From an uncultured bacterium (GTDB lineage: Bacteria; Electryoneota; AABM5-125-24; Hatepunaeales; Hatepunaeaceae), in contig CAZVKN010000005.1 in the NCBI GenBank assembly GCA_964627035.1, positions 652 to 64,651 on the forward strand: DNA of 64,000 nt, given 5' to 3'. Below are positions 45,618 through 53,947 of the stretch, piece after piece; within the stretch, counting starts at the first letter, position 1, and each line of letters opens with the position of its first letter. A model generated the notes under the pieces. It had not been told where the DNA came from. It saw only the letters and a list, made by a program, of their open reading frames with translations, and ran no database searches. The position numbers and the translations under genes are program-made.

Positions 45618-47060
45618 CTACGCGTTCACGAATCCGTTAGAGTCAATCCAGCCGCGCAATATACCTTCCGTGTAAAAGTCAATAGATGGACCTCCACCAC
45701 TATGACCTGCTGAGTTGAACACCAATCCGCATCCGGTCAGCAGTGTGGAGACGGACGCTGCATCGTTCACCACCACTTCCTTGCTGTTCATGCGCAGGGT
45801 TTGCTTGATGTCAACCACTCCTGACGCGTTACCGATCACGACATCATCGGTAATGGTACCTGTGCCTATTTTCAGATCGCGTGGAGTAACCGCAGTACCA
45901 TTGCCATCAATCAAACCAGCGTCGTCACCGGGACCGACACGCATAGAGCCTTGAACTTTCACAAGTTGCTCATCGCGTCCAACGATGACATCAGCAGTTC
46001 CGGCATTGCCACCGATCTCAAGGTCTTCATCGCCATCAGCGTCAATGACCGCAACATCGTTGCCAGGTCCGACCTGAAGACCTCCGGTAATTTCACAGTC
46101 ACCGCCTACATTAAGGTCATCTGCGATGTTCACATCTTGACCGTTTCGACCGATGTCAATATCAGCAGTTGAGTTCTGTCCACCAATTTCAAGATCGCGA
46201 GCACCGACACCGTCAAGTTCAGCGTCAATTCGTCCAGCAGCTTGTGCAGCAGCACCGATAAATAAGTCACCGTTCACGGTAACATCTTGACCGTTTCGTC
46301 CGATTTCAACATCGGCTGTTGAAGCTTGAGTACCGATATCCAGATCACGTGTACCTGCTCCGTCCGGTGCAGCATCTATTCTGCCACCGGTAGCAGCAGC
46401 ATTGTCCACAAGCAATGGGCTCTTAACCGTTACATTAACATTTGCGTCTCCACCATTTTCCCTCCCAAGCATTATGCCGCGAGTGCGCAAGGTTGTACCG
46501 ATGTTCAGCGCATCACCAAGGAGAACTACATTTTGACCGTTGGCATCTATTTTGCCGGGATTTCCCTGAGCACCAACCCGGAACCGAGGCGATTCCACAA
46601 TGACATCTGCATCATCAAAGGCTCCGTCCGGTTTACCGAGATGCAGATTTCCCGCTTCCTCATTGTTAGCAATGAACAGATCACCGGCAGGATCAACATC
46701 ATTGATATCAATGCGGTACTCATTAGCTTCTGGACTTTCCAACTCCATACCCTCGCCAACAGTAAGTGGTCAGTCAACCGCCATAATTCCGTTAGCAGTA
46801 ACGCCACCGTCAATGGTTAAAGCTCCGGTTACTCCAGCGTCGCCTCCAACATTCAGATCATCGGCAACATTCACGTCTTGACCGTTCCGCGATAAGTTCA
46901 CATCATCGGTCGCTGCTGTTGTTCCAAGATTCAGATCTGCGTTATCGCCTTCAACGGAACTCTCTGCCGTGATCACACCACCGACTTTAAGAGTTTGATT
47001 ACCCGGTGACTCCATATTCTGTGCATTCTGTGCATTTTCTGCATTTCCCCAACTTGCCAT
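45618..47060 (-). pseudogene. Repeat-rich (about 44-aa units of the form RDL.IG.Q.STADV.IGRNGQDV.V..DL.VGG) beta-helix-like hypothetical protein with no signal peptide, interrupted by a single in-frame TGA; tracked as 46770..47060 plus 45618..46748
   Basis: The two tracked ORFs are in the same frame, separated by TGA plus 7 sense codons (...GIMAVD*PLTVGEGMELESPEANEY...). The repeat type continues across the stop (LNLGTTAATDDVNLSRNGQDVNVADDLNVGG upstream versus DIGTQASTADVEIGRNGQDVTVNGDLFIG downstream). Ends ...GWIDSNGFVNA. Either a nonsense-mutated gene or a readthrough/recoding site. Confidence 0.45.
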
Positions 47061-47082
47061 AATTTGCTCCTTTGTTTGGCAT

Positions 47083-48864
47083 TTATTGATTTAGGTAGGC
47101 GTACGGACCACCGTACACCCCTATATCAGAACGACTGCTGTCGGGATCCCTAAGATCAGGTCGTCCCTGATCTATACCGGGAGATCCCTCCGCCAGTCTG
47201 TAACTGCCTTCTACAAATATTGGTTCTTGATTATCAATATTCTGGTTTCCCCATCCCATTTCACCACCAACTACTACCTCATTAACATTCCAAAACAAAT
47301 TGTAATTAGGAATAAGAGGCTGACCATGTCCCTGAGCGTTCCAAAGACCATAAACAGCGTTAATAATCATATTATTGTCAAATGTTCCCCAACTCGACGC
47401 CATGTCTCCGCTTCCATGAAGGTTGATAAAAAGGTTGTTGCGTATTTGTGATGAAATAAATCCGCTAATAATCCCGTATCCATTTGAATTTGGAACCGAA
47501 AAAATGTTATTAACTATTTTCGTTCCCACCCCATCCATGCTGAGGCAGTAACATTGAAACTCTGAAGGATTAAGAAAGTTAAATCCTCTTATAATTGTGG
47601 TTGAATCTTGATCTCCCCCCAGCCAAACAATAACCCATAAATCAGTTCCGTTTAGAATTGTTTCCTCCGGTCCTTCTTCGCTGACAAGTGATACGTTCTT
47701 ATCGAACATTTGTATTGACTCCCGATATTCACCTGCACTGACCATTATCGTATCTCCATCTTCGCTCGCCCAAATTGCATCCTGAATAGTCTCATAATCT
47801 TCCGGCACCCAGATGACTTCGGGATAATTATTTCTGATCGTGAACATTACCACCTGACTTAAATTCGTGTTACCGCTAATATCTACAGCCCTTACTTGTG
47901 CAATAATCATGCCATCAGCTCGATCATTTGTATCAAAAAGCACATTGCCGTCATAGAAATTTTCTCTATTTACGCCATTCATGCTCCGCCAAAGTTGACC
48001 GTTCAGCAATAGTTGTACGCTGTCAAGTGCTGTGTTATCAATCACCTGAAAGCGCAAATTCACTGTACCTTCAAGTGTGTCACCCGGTGCAGGAGATAGC
48101 CAAATGATAGTCGGTGGTGTGTGATCTTCCGGTGGAGGATCGTCACTGTTGCTGACTCTTATCAATAACGATTGGCTGGTTCCAATATTGCCAGAATTAT
48201 CCCAAGCCCGAGCCTCCCAGATATGCACGCCATCGCTGTCGGATCTTGTGTCCCACAGGTATTCGAGTGTCTCTTCACGCCCTTGCGGATAGTAAGTCAT
48301 AACCAACGCACCGTTTCTGATCAGGCGCACCGAATCCACAGCGACCTCATCGAAGAAACCGAGTACCAGCCTGACTGTGTCGCTCAGTGTGGATCCGGCA
48401 TCGGGTGCTGTCCACCACACTTCCGGTGGTAAACGGTCTTCAGGGGGGTCGGTTACGTTCTTTACACTCACCATGAGGGTCGGACTTATTCCAAGATTAC
48501 CTGCGTCGTCCCACGCGCGAACTTCGAGTATATAGACACCGTCTTCGACCTCGCGACTGTCCCAATCCAGTGAATAGGTTGAGTCGCCCGATGCAGATAT
48601 GCGCCACTCGTCAGGAGCGAAGCCGTTGCGATAGACAGCGATCCGGTCTATATGTCCTTCGTTATCACTGACGGAGAATGAGATGGTGACAATTCCGGCG
48701 AGTTCGGAGCCGCTGTTGGGTGCAAGCCATTCGATTTCAGGTGGTTGGTAATCCGGGAATGGAGCGGTGGGAGCGTCGTCGCTGATGCAGCCGGATAGAA
48801 CTAATACTGTTAAGACGGTAGCTAACAAGCTGGTTAAGAATCGTATAAACATGATGATCTCCAT
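47083..48864 (-). CDS. Lipoprotein with three tandem Ig-like domains and a C-terminal right-handed parallel beta-helix (pectate-lyase-fold) domain
   Basis: Lipobox VLVLSGC. Three ~95-aa repeats (EIEWLAPNSGSELAGIVTISFSVSDNEGHIDRIAVYRNG / EVWWTAPDAGSTLSDTVRLVLGFFDEVAVDSVRLIRNG / TIIWLSPAPGDTLEGTVNLRFQVIDNTALDSVQLLLNG). Beta-helix region VPEDYETIQDAIWASEDGDTIMVSAGEYRESIQ...NNLFINLHG...DIGVYGGPYA. Confidence 0.7.
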   Translation of the reverse strand: MEIIMFIRFLTSLLATVLTVLVLSGCISDDAPTAPFPDYQPPEIEWLAPNSGSELAGIVTISFSVSDNEGHIDRIAVYRNGFAPDEWRISASGDSTYSLDWDSREVEDGVYILEVRAWDDAGNLGISPTLMVSVKNVTDPPEDRLPPEVWWTAPDAGSTLSDTVRLVLGFFDEVAVDSVRLIRNGALVMTYYPQGREETLEYLWDTRSDSDGVHIWEARAWDNSGNIGTSQSLLIRVSNSDDPPPEDHTPPTIIWLSPAPGDTLEGTVNLRFQVIDNTALDSVQLLLNGQLWRSMNGVNRENFYDGNVLFDTNDRADGMIIAQVRAVDISGNTNLSQVVMFTIRNNYPEVIWVPEDYETIQDAIWASEDGDTIMVSAGEYRESIQMFDKNVSLVSEEGPEETILNGTDLWVIVWLGGDQDSTTIIRGFNFLNPSEFQCYCLSMDGVGTKIVNNIFSVPNSNGYGIISGFISSQIRNNLFINLHGSGDMASSWGTFDNNMIINAVYGLWNAQGHGQPLIPNYNLFWNVNEVVVGGEMGWGNQNIDNQEPIFVEGSYRLAEGSPGIDQGRPDLRDPDSSRSDIGVYGGPYAYLNQ

Positions 48865-48965
48865 AATAATTCGGGAACAGACAAAACCCTATACAAAAGC
48901 AATATAAACAGAAACGACAGAATTACAAGAGAGTGAATCGAAGAGAAATTCTCAGCAGATGCAGC

Positions 48966-49047
48966 GGATGAAGCAGATTTAGTAATTTAGTAATTTAGAA
49001 ATTGAGTGATTGAGTGATTGAGTGATTAAGTAATTTAGTAATTGCGT
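48966..49047. repeat. Longest tandem GTGATT/TAATTT octamer array (about 10 units) upstream of the lipoprotein gene start
   Basis: tttagtaatttagtaatttagaaattgagtgattgagtgattgagtgattaagtaatttagtaattgcgtgattgagtgattc. Confidence 0.75.
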
Positions 49048-49067
49048 GATTGAGTGATTCCTGCGGA

Positions 49068-49128
49068 TTGAACGGATTAGTTTAGAGTTCAACCTTCAGG
49101 TTGTTCTTCTTCCCGACACGCTGAAGCG
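49068..49128. repeat. Family R palindromic repeat, copy R4
   Basis: gtttagagttCAACCttcaGGTTGttcttcttcccgacacgctgaagcgtgaactctaaac. The internal stem CAACC/GGTTG differs from R3 CAGGC/GCCTG by two compensatory base-pair changes. Lies 3' of obg. Confidence 0.75.
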
Positions 49129-49206
49129 TGAACTCTAAACTTCAATCCGAATGGACAGGAATGTTCATGCTTCATGTTGCTGTTTAGAGATGGGTGGTGG
49201 GAGGGT

Positions 49207-50175
49207 TCAGACGATGGTCATCCCGAGGCGGTCTGCGAGCAGCTTGATCAGTTCGTCCAGTCCCTGACCGGTTACGGATGAGATTGTACAGTCGAACAGG
49301 TCAGTGTCAATATGGTCATTGAGCAAATCGGATTTTGAGAGTACCACCATTCTCGGCAGTTTTGCCATCATCGGATTGAATTGAATTAACTCATTCAGCA
49401 GTTCCTCGATTGAGCGCTCGTAGTCATCTTCTGTTGATTCAATCATTAGAAGGAGCAGTCGTGTCCGCTCAATATGCCGTAAGAAACGGTGACCGAGTCC
49501 TCGCCCGGTATGTGCTCCTTCCGCCAAACCGGGGATATCAGCCATCACAATTCGCTGATACAGCCCGACCTGTATAACGCCTAACGCCGGATGCAGAGTG
49601 CTGAACGGATAATCACCGATAACGGGGTTTGCTTTAGTCAATGCAGCCAGCAAGGTAGATTTACCGACATTAGGTCTTCCGACCAGACCTACATCAGCAA
49701 TCAGCTTCAGCTCCAGACGAACACGGAATTCCTGTCCGGGGAACCCAGATTCTGCTCTGCGGGGTGATTGGTTGCGTGATGTGGCAAAGGCTTTGTTCCC
49801 TCGTCCGCCGCGTCCACCTTCGGCAGCGATGAACTGCTCCCCATCCTCTGCGAGATCAGCCATGATCGAGTTGTCTGCACAGTTCCAGATTACAGTTCCA
49901 ACCGGCAACTCGATGATAAGATTTTTTGCTGACCGCCCGCTCTTTCGCGATCCTTCACCGGGTTTACCGTTACCGGCTTTGTAAACACGGTTCAGGGTGA
50001 TGTCCTGCAGAGTTGCAAGCTGAGAGGTGGCACGGAAGATGACACTACCCCCATGACCACCTTTGCCTCCATCCGGTCCCCCTTTCGGTGCATACCGTTG
50101 ACGGTTGAAGCTGACCGCTCCATTGCCGCCTCTGCCTGCCCGGACAGTTATTTCCGCTTCGTCAATAAATTTCAT
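49207..50175 (-). CDS. obg: GTPase Obg/CgtA, short form lacking a C-terminal extension
   Basis: Gly-rich Obg fold at the N-terminus (GGNGAVSFNRQRYAPKGGPDGGKGGHGGSV). G1 GRPNVGKST, G3 DIPGL, G4 SKSD. 322 aa. Confidence 0.95.
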   Translation of the reverse strand: MKFIDEAEITVRAGRGGNGAVSFNRQRYAPKGGPDGGKGGHGGSVIFRATSQLATLQDITLNRVYKAGNGKPGEGSRKSGRSAKNLIIELPVGTVIWNCADNSIMADLAEDGEQFIAAEGGRGGRGNKAFATSRNQSPRRAESGFPGQEFRVRLELKLIADVGLVGRPNVGKSTLLAALTKANPVIGDYPFSTLHPALGVIQVGLYQRIVMADIPGLAEGAHTGRGLGHRFLRHIERTRLLLLMIESTEDDYERSIEELLNELIQFNPMMAKLPRMVVLSKSDLLNDHIDTDLFDCTISSVTGQGLDELIKLLADRLGMTIV

Positions 50176-50220
50176 GAGACATTGGACAAAATAACCGCTG
50201 TTAGGTCGCCGTACGATTGT

Positions 50221-50285
50221 GCTCAGAGTTCAGGCTTCAGTCTGTGCCGGTGTAAGGAAAACACGCTAAAGCGTGAACTCTGAAC
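50221..50285. repeat. Family R palindromic repeat, copy R5
   Basis: gctcagagttCAGGCttcaGTCTGtgccggtgtaaggaaaacaCGCtaaaGCGtgaactctgaac. The internal stem contains a G-T (G-U-compatible) pair. Lies between the 50378 gene stop and the obg start. Confidence 0.75.
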
Positions 50286-50377
50286 ATTATCCATGAGAAA
50301 CAGCAAAACAAATTGCAACATAAAAAACCGTGACCCCATAAGAGGTCACGGTTAACATGCTGTCTGTGAAGATCAGA

Positions 50378-53300
50378 TTACTTCACGAGCACTACTTTCT
50401 GGCTCGCAGATGCATCAGGAGTCTGCAGACGGAGCACATAGACACCGGTTGACAGCGATGAAGCGTCAACAGGATACTGATAGCTGCCTGCACCAAGCTC
50501 TTTCTCGAACAGGTCAAGAGCAATACGTCCATTTACATCATACAGCGCCAAATGAACCACATCCAGTCTTGCTATGTCAAAGCTGACTGTTGTGGTCCCG
50601 TTGAACGGGTTCGGATATGCCGTGTTTAGGCTGAAGCTATGAGGAGAAGTCGAACCATCACCTTCAACTCCCACACCACCTAAATCACCGGCAGAGCGAG
50701 GCGTAATCGCATAGTGACCATAACTCTCGGTGATCACACCGGTAATGTCGTTGAATTCGGTTTCGAAGTTATAGGAGTCAAATCCACCACCTCCACATAA
50801 ATCTTTCTGTTCCTGAGTCAGTCCCAAACCGGACAGCCAACCACGAACATCAGATACGTCACGAATTGGAAGTTGACCGCGTCGGAATTCGGCACCAAAG
50901 TCTTCAAGCGTATCAACCTGAGCATTAGCGATATACACTAGTACACCTTCCAACTCTTCGCCGAGTTCGCTGAACTGCATGTCGTTGGTCTCAATCGGCA
51001 ACGGATCGAAGATATCGTTACCATCACTGATCACTTCATACTCTGAAACGTCAATGTAAGTAGCATACTGCCACTTTCGAGCTTCTTCCGGATCGCGCTC
51101 CATGACGATACCGGTGACTGTCACTTCAGCACCGACATCGAGGTCATCGTCTATATTGCGGATAAATACCGCAGACCACAGATCGCGTGCATCCTGAATG
51201 ACGTAGGCATCGAATGCATCGTTGAAGGTCGGCGGGGTGGTGACGATACCGGTGACGGTAACTTCATAGCCGCGATAGGGAGATGCATCGGAAGCGTTCT
51301 CCCACAACTCAGGACGAAACTGAACGTCATAAATGCTCAGATCACCCTCATCACGCACGGTGTACATATAGTAGTAGTTGCGAGGTATAAGGGTCTCGTT
51401 TTCGAGATCGTTGGTTGCTGAAATTTTGTAAGCAACTCTGGTGCCTTCCGACTGTGCAGGAATAGTTGCACTGTATGTGTCACCTTCACCGGCTTCCATC
51501 TGCACAGTTGTCACATCATCTTCATCAATGTGTTCGTTCTCGCTAGTTATGTAGATCAGATCAACCTGTGTCAACTCTACATCCTCGTCACCTGACGTAA
51601 CGGTTGCGGTTACGGTGACAGATTGATCGGTCACCGGAACACCCGGATCGCGGATAACGTCATAAATAACCGGACGGGCTTCAGGATAGTTGTGGAATAT
51701 GAAGCCTTCATAAGGAAGCTCCAGATCATCCAAATCCTCAAAGTTCAGATCTTCCAACGGAACGTTCTGATACATGACCGGATTCAAAGTGGATGATCCT
51801 TCATTCTGTGGAATTCCGCCTGCATCAATGTCTTTGACGTACGTCAGGTGCAAAGCTTCATCGTAAACATCAACCGCAACTGACTGCCACGCTTCACTCT
51901 CAGAATCCCCGGGTCGCGGGTTTTCACCTTCATAATGTGTATTGGTGATATTTACAGCTTCCTTCCAAGTTATGCCGTAGTCGTCGGAAATTGAGACCAT
52001 GATCTCGGCGTTGCTGTAGCCGTCACCGCTCGTATCCGCAGCAAACTCGAAGTTGTCGTAATCAAACGGAGGATCATCCTCGCCGGACAACTCCATGATC
52101 TGTTGGAAACTGACCCAAGTCACATAGACCATTCCTTCATTTTCGGGATCGAACGCAATCGAACCGCGGTCGGCATTCATGCGCCATCCGCCGCAGCGAC
52201 TGTGCCAGTTGCCGCCGTTGTTGGTCCGGTTGAAGTAGTAACCGTTGGCAATCAGAGTGAGTGTATCTTCCTGGCTGTTCCAGAACCACAGCATGTCGTG
52301 CTCACCTGTCATTCCGTCAATGATGTCGCCCTCATCGTTGACGAAAGGACGCTCATACATCGCACAAGTTGCAAAGACACCGTAGGGTTCGTCATCCCAG
52401 GGATCAAGCTGGATGTCAACATCGCAGTACGGACGCCAGATATCACCGTATCCTTCATCCGGATTTTCAGGATCGAGAGGATCAAAATCTACATCTTCCT
52501 GAAAATTATCGGGATCAGGCGGTATGATTTTGGTCATGCTCATCACTTCATGCTCATCCGGATCATACTCTTCGCCCTCTTCCATGATGACATATCGGAT
52601 ATCGTTGTTGCGCTGGTATGCGCCGCCAACCGCTTCCCACGGACCCACGTCTGCTCCAACACGGTTGTGATGCCATGCCATGACGATCTTGTCGGATGTT
52701 CTTGAAGATGAAACGATTGTAGTGATGGCACTTGCGGTGTCAACGTTGATCGGCGGCTCCGTCCATTCCCATTCCTGGAAATCACGGTCAGTTGCCTCGC
52801 CGGACCAGTAGCCGATTCTTTGGAAAAGAACGCCTTCATCTGAATTTTCTGTCGCAAGCATGTGGGCAGTATTATTCTGACTGATCGCACCCTTGGGCCA
52901 AATCAGGAATACTTCATTGGGCCACGTCGGGGCATAGGCAGACTCGAAAGCACCAATCCCGGGTGCGAAGTCAACGCACATGGTTGACAGATATTCATCG
53001 CCCTGCAGCGGGTTCGGCTGAGAATGGCAGAAAACTACAGCACGACCGTCTTCAGGCAGAATTGTCACATGCCCATAGCCTGCACGGTTACTGTTATCAA
53101 CTACGATGCCGCCGTCCCGCGGTTCCAGCCACTCTTCCGCATCTGGATCATACCAGTTGTAAGCCATCCGACGGCGAGCCTGACCGGAATCGTAGCTCTT
53201 CATCCAGGTGACATGTATGCCGCCGTCAGGATCTAAGGCGATCATTTTGCTGATTGTGCCGTTGTGCTGGTAATCATAGTAGGTCTCGCCGACCTCAGCC

Positions 53301-53524
53301 GTTTCTCCTACAGGATCACGGCGTGGATTGAGACGATCCAATTCATGGAACACTCCACTATTTGTGGGCATCGGCGAATCGGGCTTGATGATCTTGTTTG
53401 TTTCCGTCCAGACCCACCGGCTTTGAGTCGCCAGATCGGGCTGAATATTCGGACGCGCAAAAGCTGATCCGATCATACCGGCAATCAGCACTATCAGGAA
53501 TAGTAAGTAAACTCTTCGTAACAT
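50378..53524 (-). CDS. Large T9SS-sorted protein with at least one BNR/Asp-box motif (possible sialidase-like beta-propeller), Fn3/Ig-like regions and a type-A C-terminal domain
   Basis: Signal peptide MLRRVYLLFLIVLIAGMIGSAFA. SD GGGAGG 5 nt upstream. Asp-box ISDDYGITW. C-terminal domain AYPNPFNGTTTVSFDIARLDVVHLALYDVNGRIA...TGVYVLRLQ...QKVVLVK. The functional assignment of the N-terminal domain is weak. Confidence 0.7.
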   Translation of the reverse strand: MLRRVYLLFLIVLIAGMIGSAFARPNIQPDLATQSRWVWTETNKIIKPDSPMPTNSGVFHELDRLNPRRDPVGETAEVGETYYDYQHNGTISKMIALDPDGGIHVTWMKSYDSGQARRRMAYNWYDPDAEEWLEPRDGGIVVDNSNRAGYGHVTILPEDGRAVVFCHSQPNPLQGDEYLSTMCVDFAPGIGAFESAYAPTWPNEVFLIWPKGAISQNNTAHMLATENSDEGVLFQRIGYWSGEATDRDFQEWEWTEPPINVDTASAITTIVSSSRTSDKIVMAWHHNRVGADVGPWEAVGGAYQRNNDIRYVIMEEGEEYDPDEHEVMSMTKIIPPDPDNFQEDVDFDPLDPENPDEGYGDIWRPYCDVDIQLDPWDDEPYGVFATCAMYERPFVNDEGDIIDGMTGEHDMLWFWNSQEDTLTLIANGYYFNRTNNGGNWHSRCGGWRMNADRGSIAFDPENEGMVYVTWVSFQQIMELSGEDDPPFDYDNFEFAADTSGDGYSNAEIMVSISDDYGITWKEAVNITNTHYEGENPRPGDSESEAWQSVAVDVYDEALHLTYVKDIDAGGIPQNEGSSTLNPVMYQNVPLEDLNFEDLDDLELPYEGFIFHNYPEARPVIYDVIRDPGVPVTDQSVTVTATVTSGDEDVELTQVDLIYITSENEHIDEDDVTTVQMEAGEGDTYSATIPAQSEGTRVAYKISATNDLENETLIPRNYYYMYTVRDEGDLSIYDVQFRPELWENASDASPYRGYEVTVTGIVTTPPTFNDAFDAYVIQDARDLWSAVFIRNIDDDLDVGAEVTVTGIVMERDPEEARKWQYATYIDVSEYEVISDGNDIFDPLPIETNDMQFSELGEELEGVLVYIANAQVDTLEDFGAEFRRGQLPIRDVSDVRGWLSGLGLTQEQKDLCGGGGFDSYNFETEFNDITGVITESYGHYAITPRSAGDLGGVGVEGDGSTSPHSFSLNTAYPNPFNGTTTVSFDIARLDVVHLALYDVNGRIALDLFEKELGAGSYQYPVDASSLSTGVYVLRLQTPDASASQKVVLVK

Positions 53525-53698
53525 TAAACCTCCCTTAACTGTTAGCCGGCAAACCCGGCGTTAAAACATTGTTGACGTGAAAACATCTAAACTGTCTTCG
53601 CTTCATTAAATAGTATTTGCAATTATGGTGTGACTGAATATAACTCTCACAGTTGGAGTGCCGACATTCCTGAGTTCCTTGAAATATTCACTATTTTA

Positions 53699-53764
53699 TC
53701 ATTCCTGCGGAAGCAGGAATCCAGTTCTCTTCTCTTCTCATTCCCGTGAAGGCGGGAATGACGG
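53699..53764. repeat. Two adjacent REP-like hairpins (family E copies E1 and E2) between the T9SS cargo gene and pilD
   Basis: E1 is tcATTCCTGCggaaGCAGGAATccagtt. E2 is tcATTCCCGtgaaggCGGGAATgacgg. The spurious tracked ORF 53658..53852 spans them. Confidence 0.6.
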
Positions 53765-53947
53765 AATTATGAATATTTCAAAAGACCAATTCCTGTCGGC
53801 AAACACGGACAAGAATGTCCGCGCTCCCTTTGAGATATTATTTCAAAGTTAAAACCTTCTAATACTTTCGGGTGAAACTGTGCAGCGTTTTACGCCAAAT
53901 GGATCATTATATCAAATTACAATAATTTATTGTTTTTGTCAAGTGTA

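Noticed and set aside
46770-46772. In-frame TGA read as selenocysteine or as a reassigned sense codon (genetic code 25-like)
   Set aside because: Several well-supported genes in the window end at TGA exactly where homologs end (for example 370..2580). I saw no obvious SECIS-type hairpin right after the codon. A highly repetitive structural protein is an unlikely selenoprotein. A nonsense mutation or sequencing error is simpler.
49207-50175. Obg being truncated or pseudogenised (322 aa versus ~390-430 in model organisms)
   Set aside because: The Obg fold and the full G domain (G1-G5) are intact, and only the variable C-terminal extension is missing. Many lineages have such short forms.
53658-53852. 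64-aa ORF between the T9SS cargo gene and pilD
   Set aside because: It is composed largely of the two REP-like hairpins (E1/E2), and its translation (…SREGGNDG…) simply reflects the palindromes.
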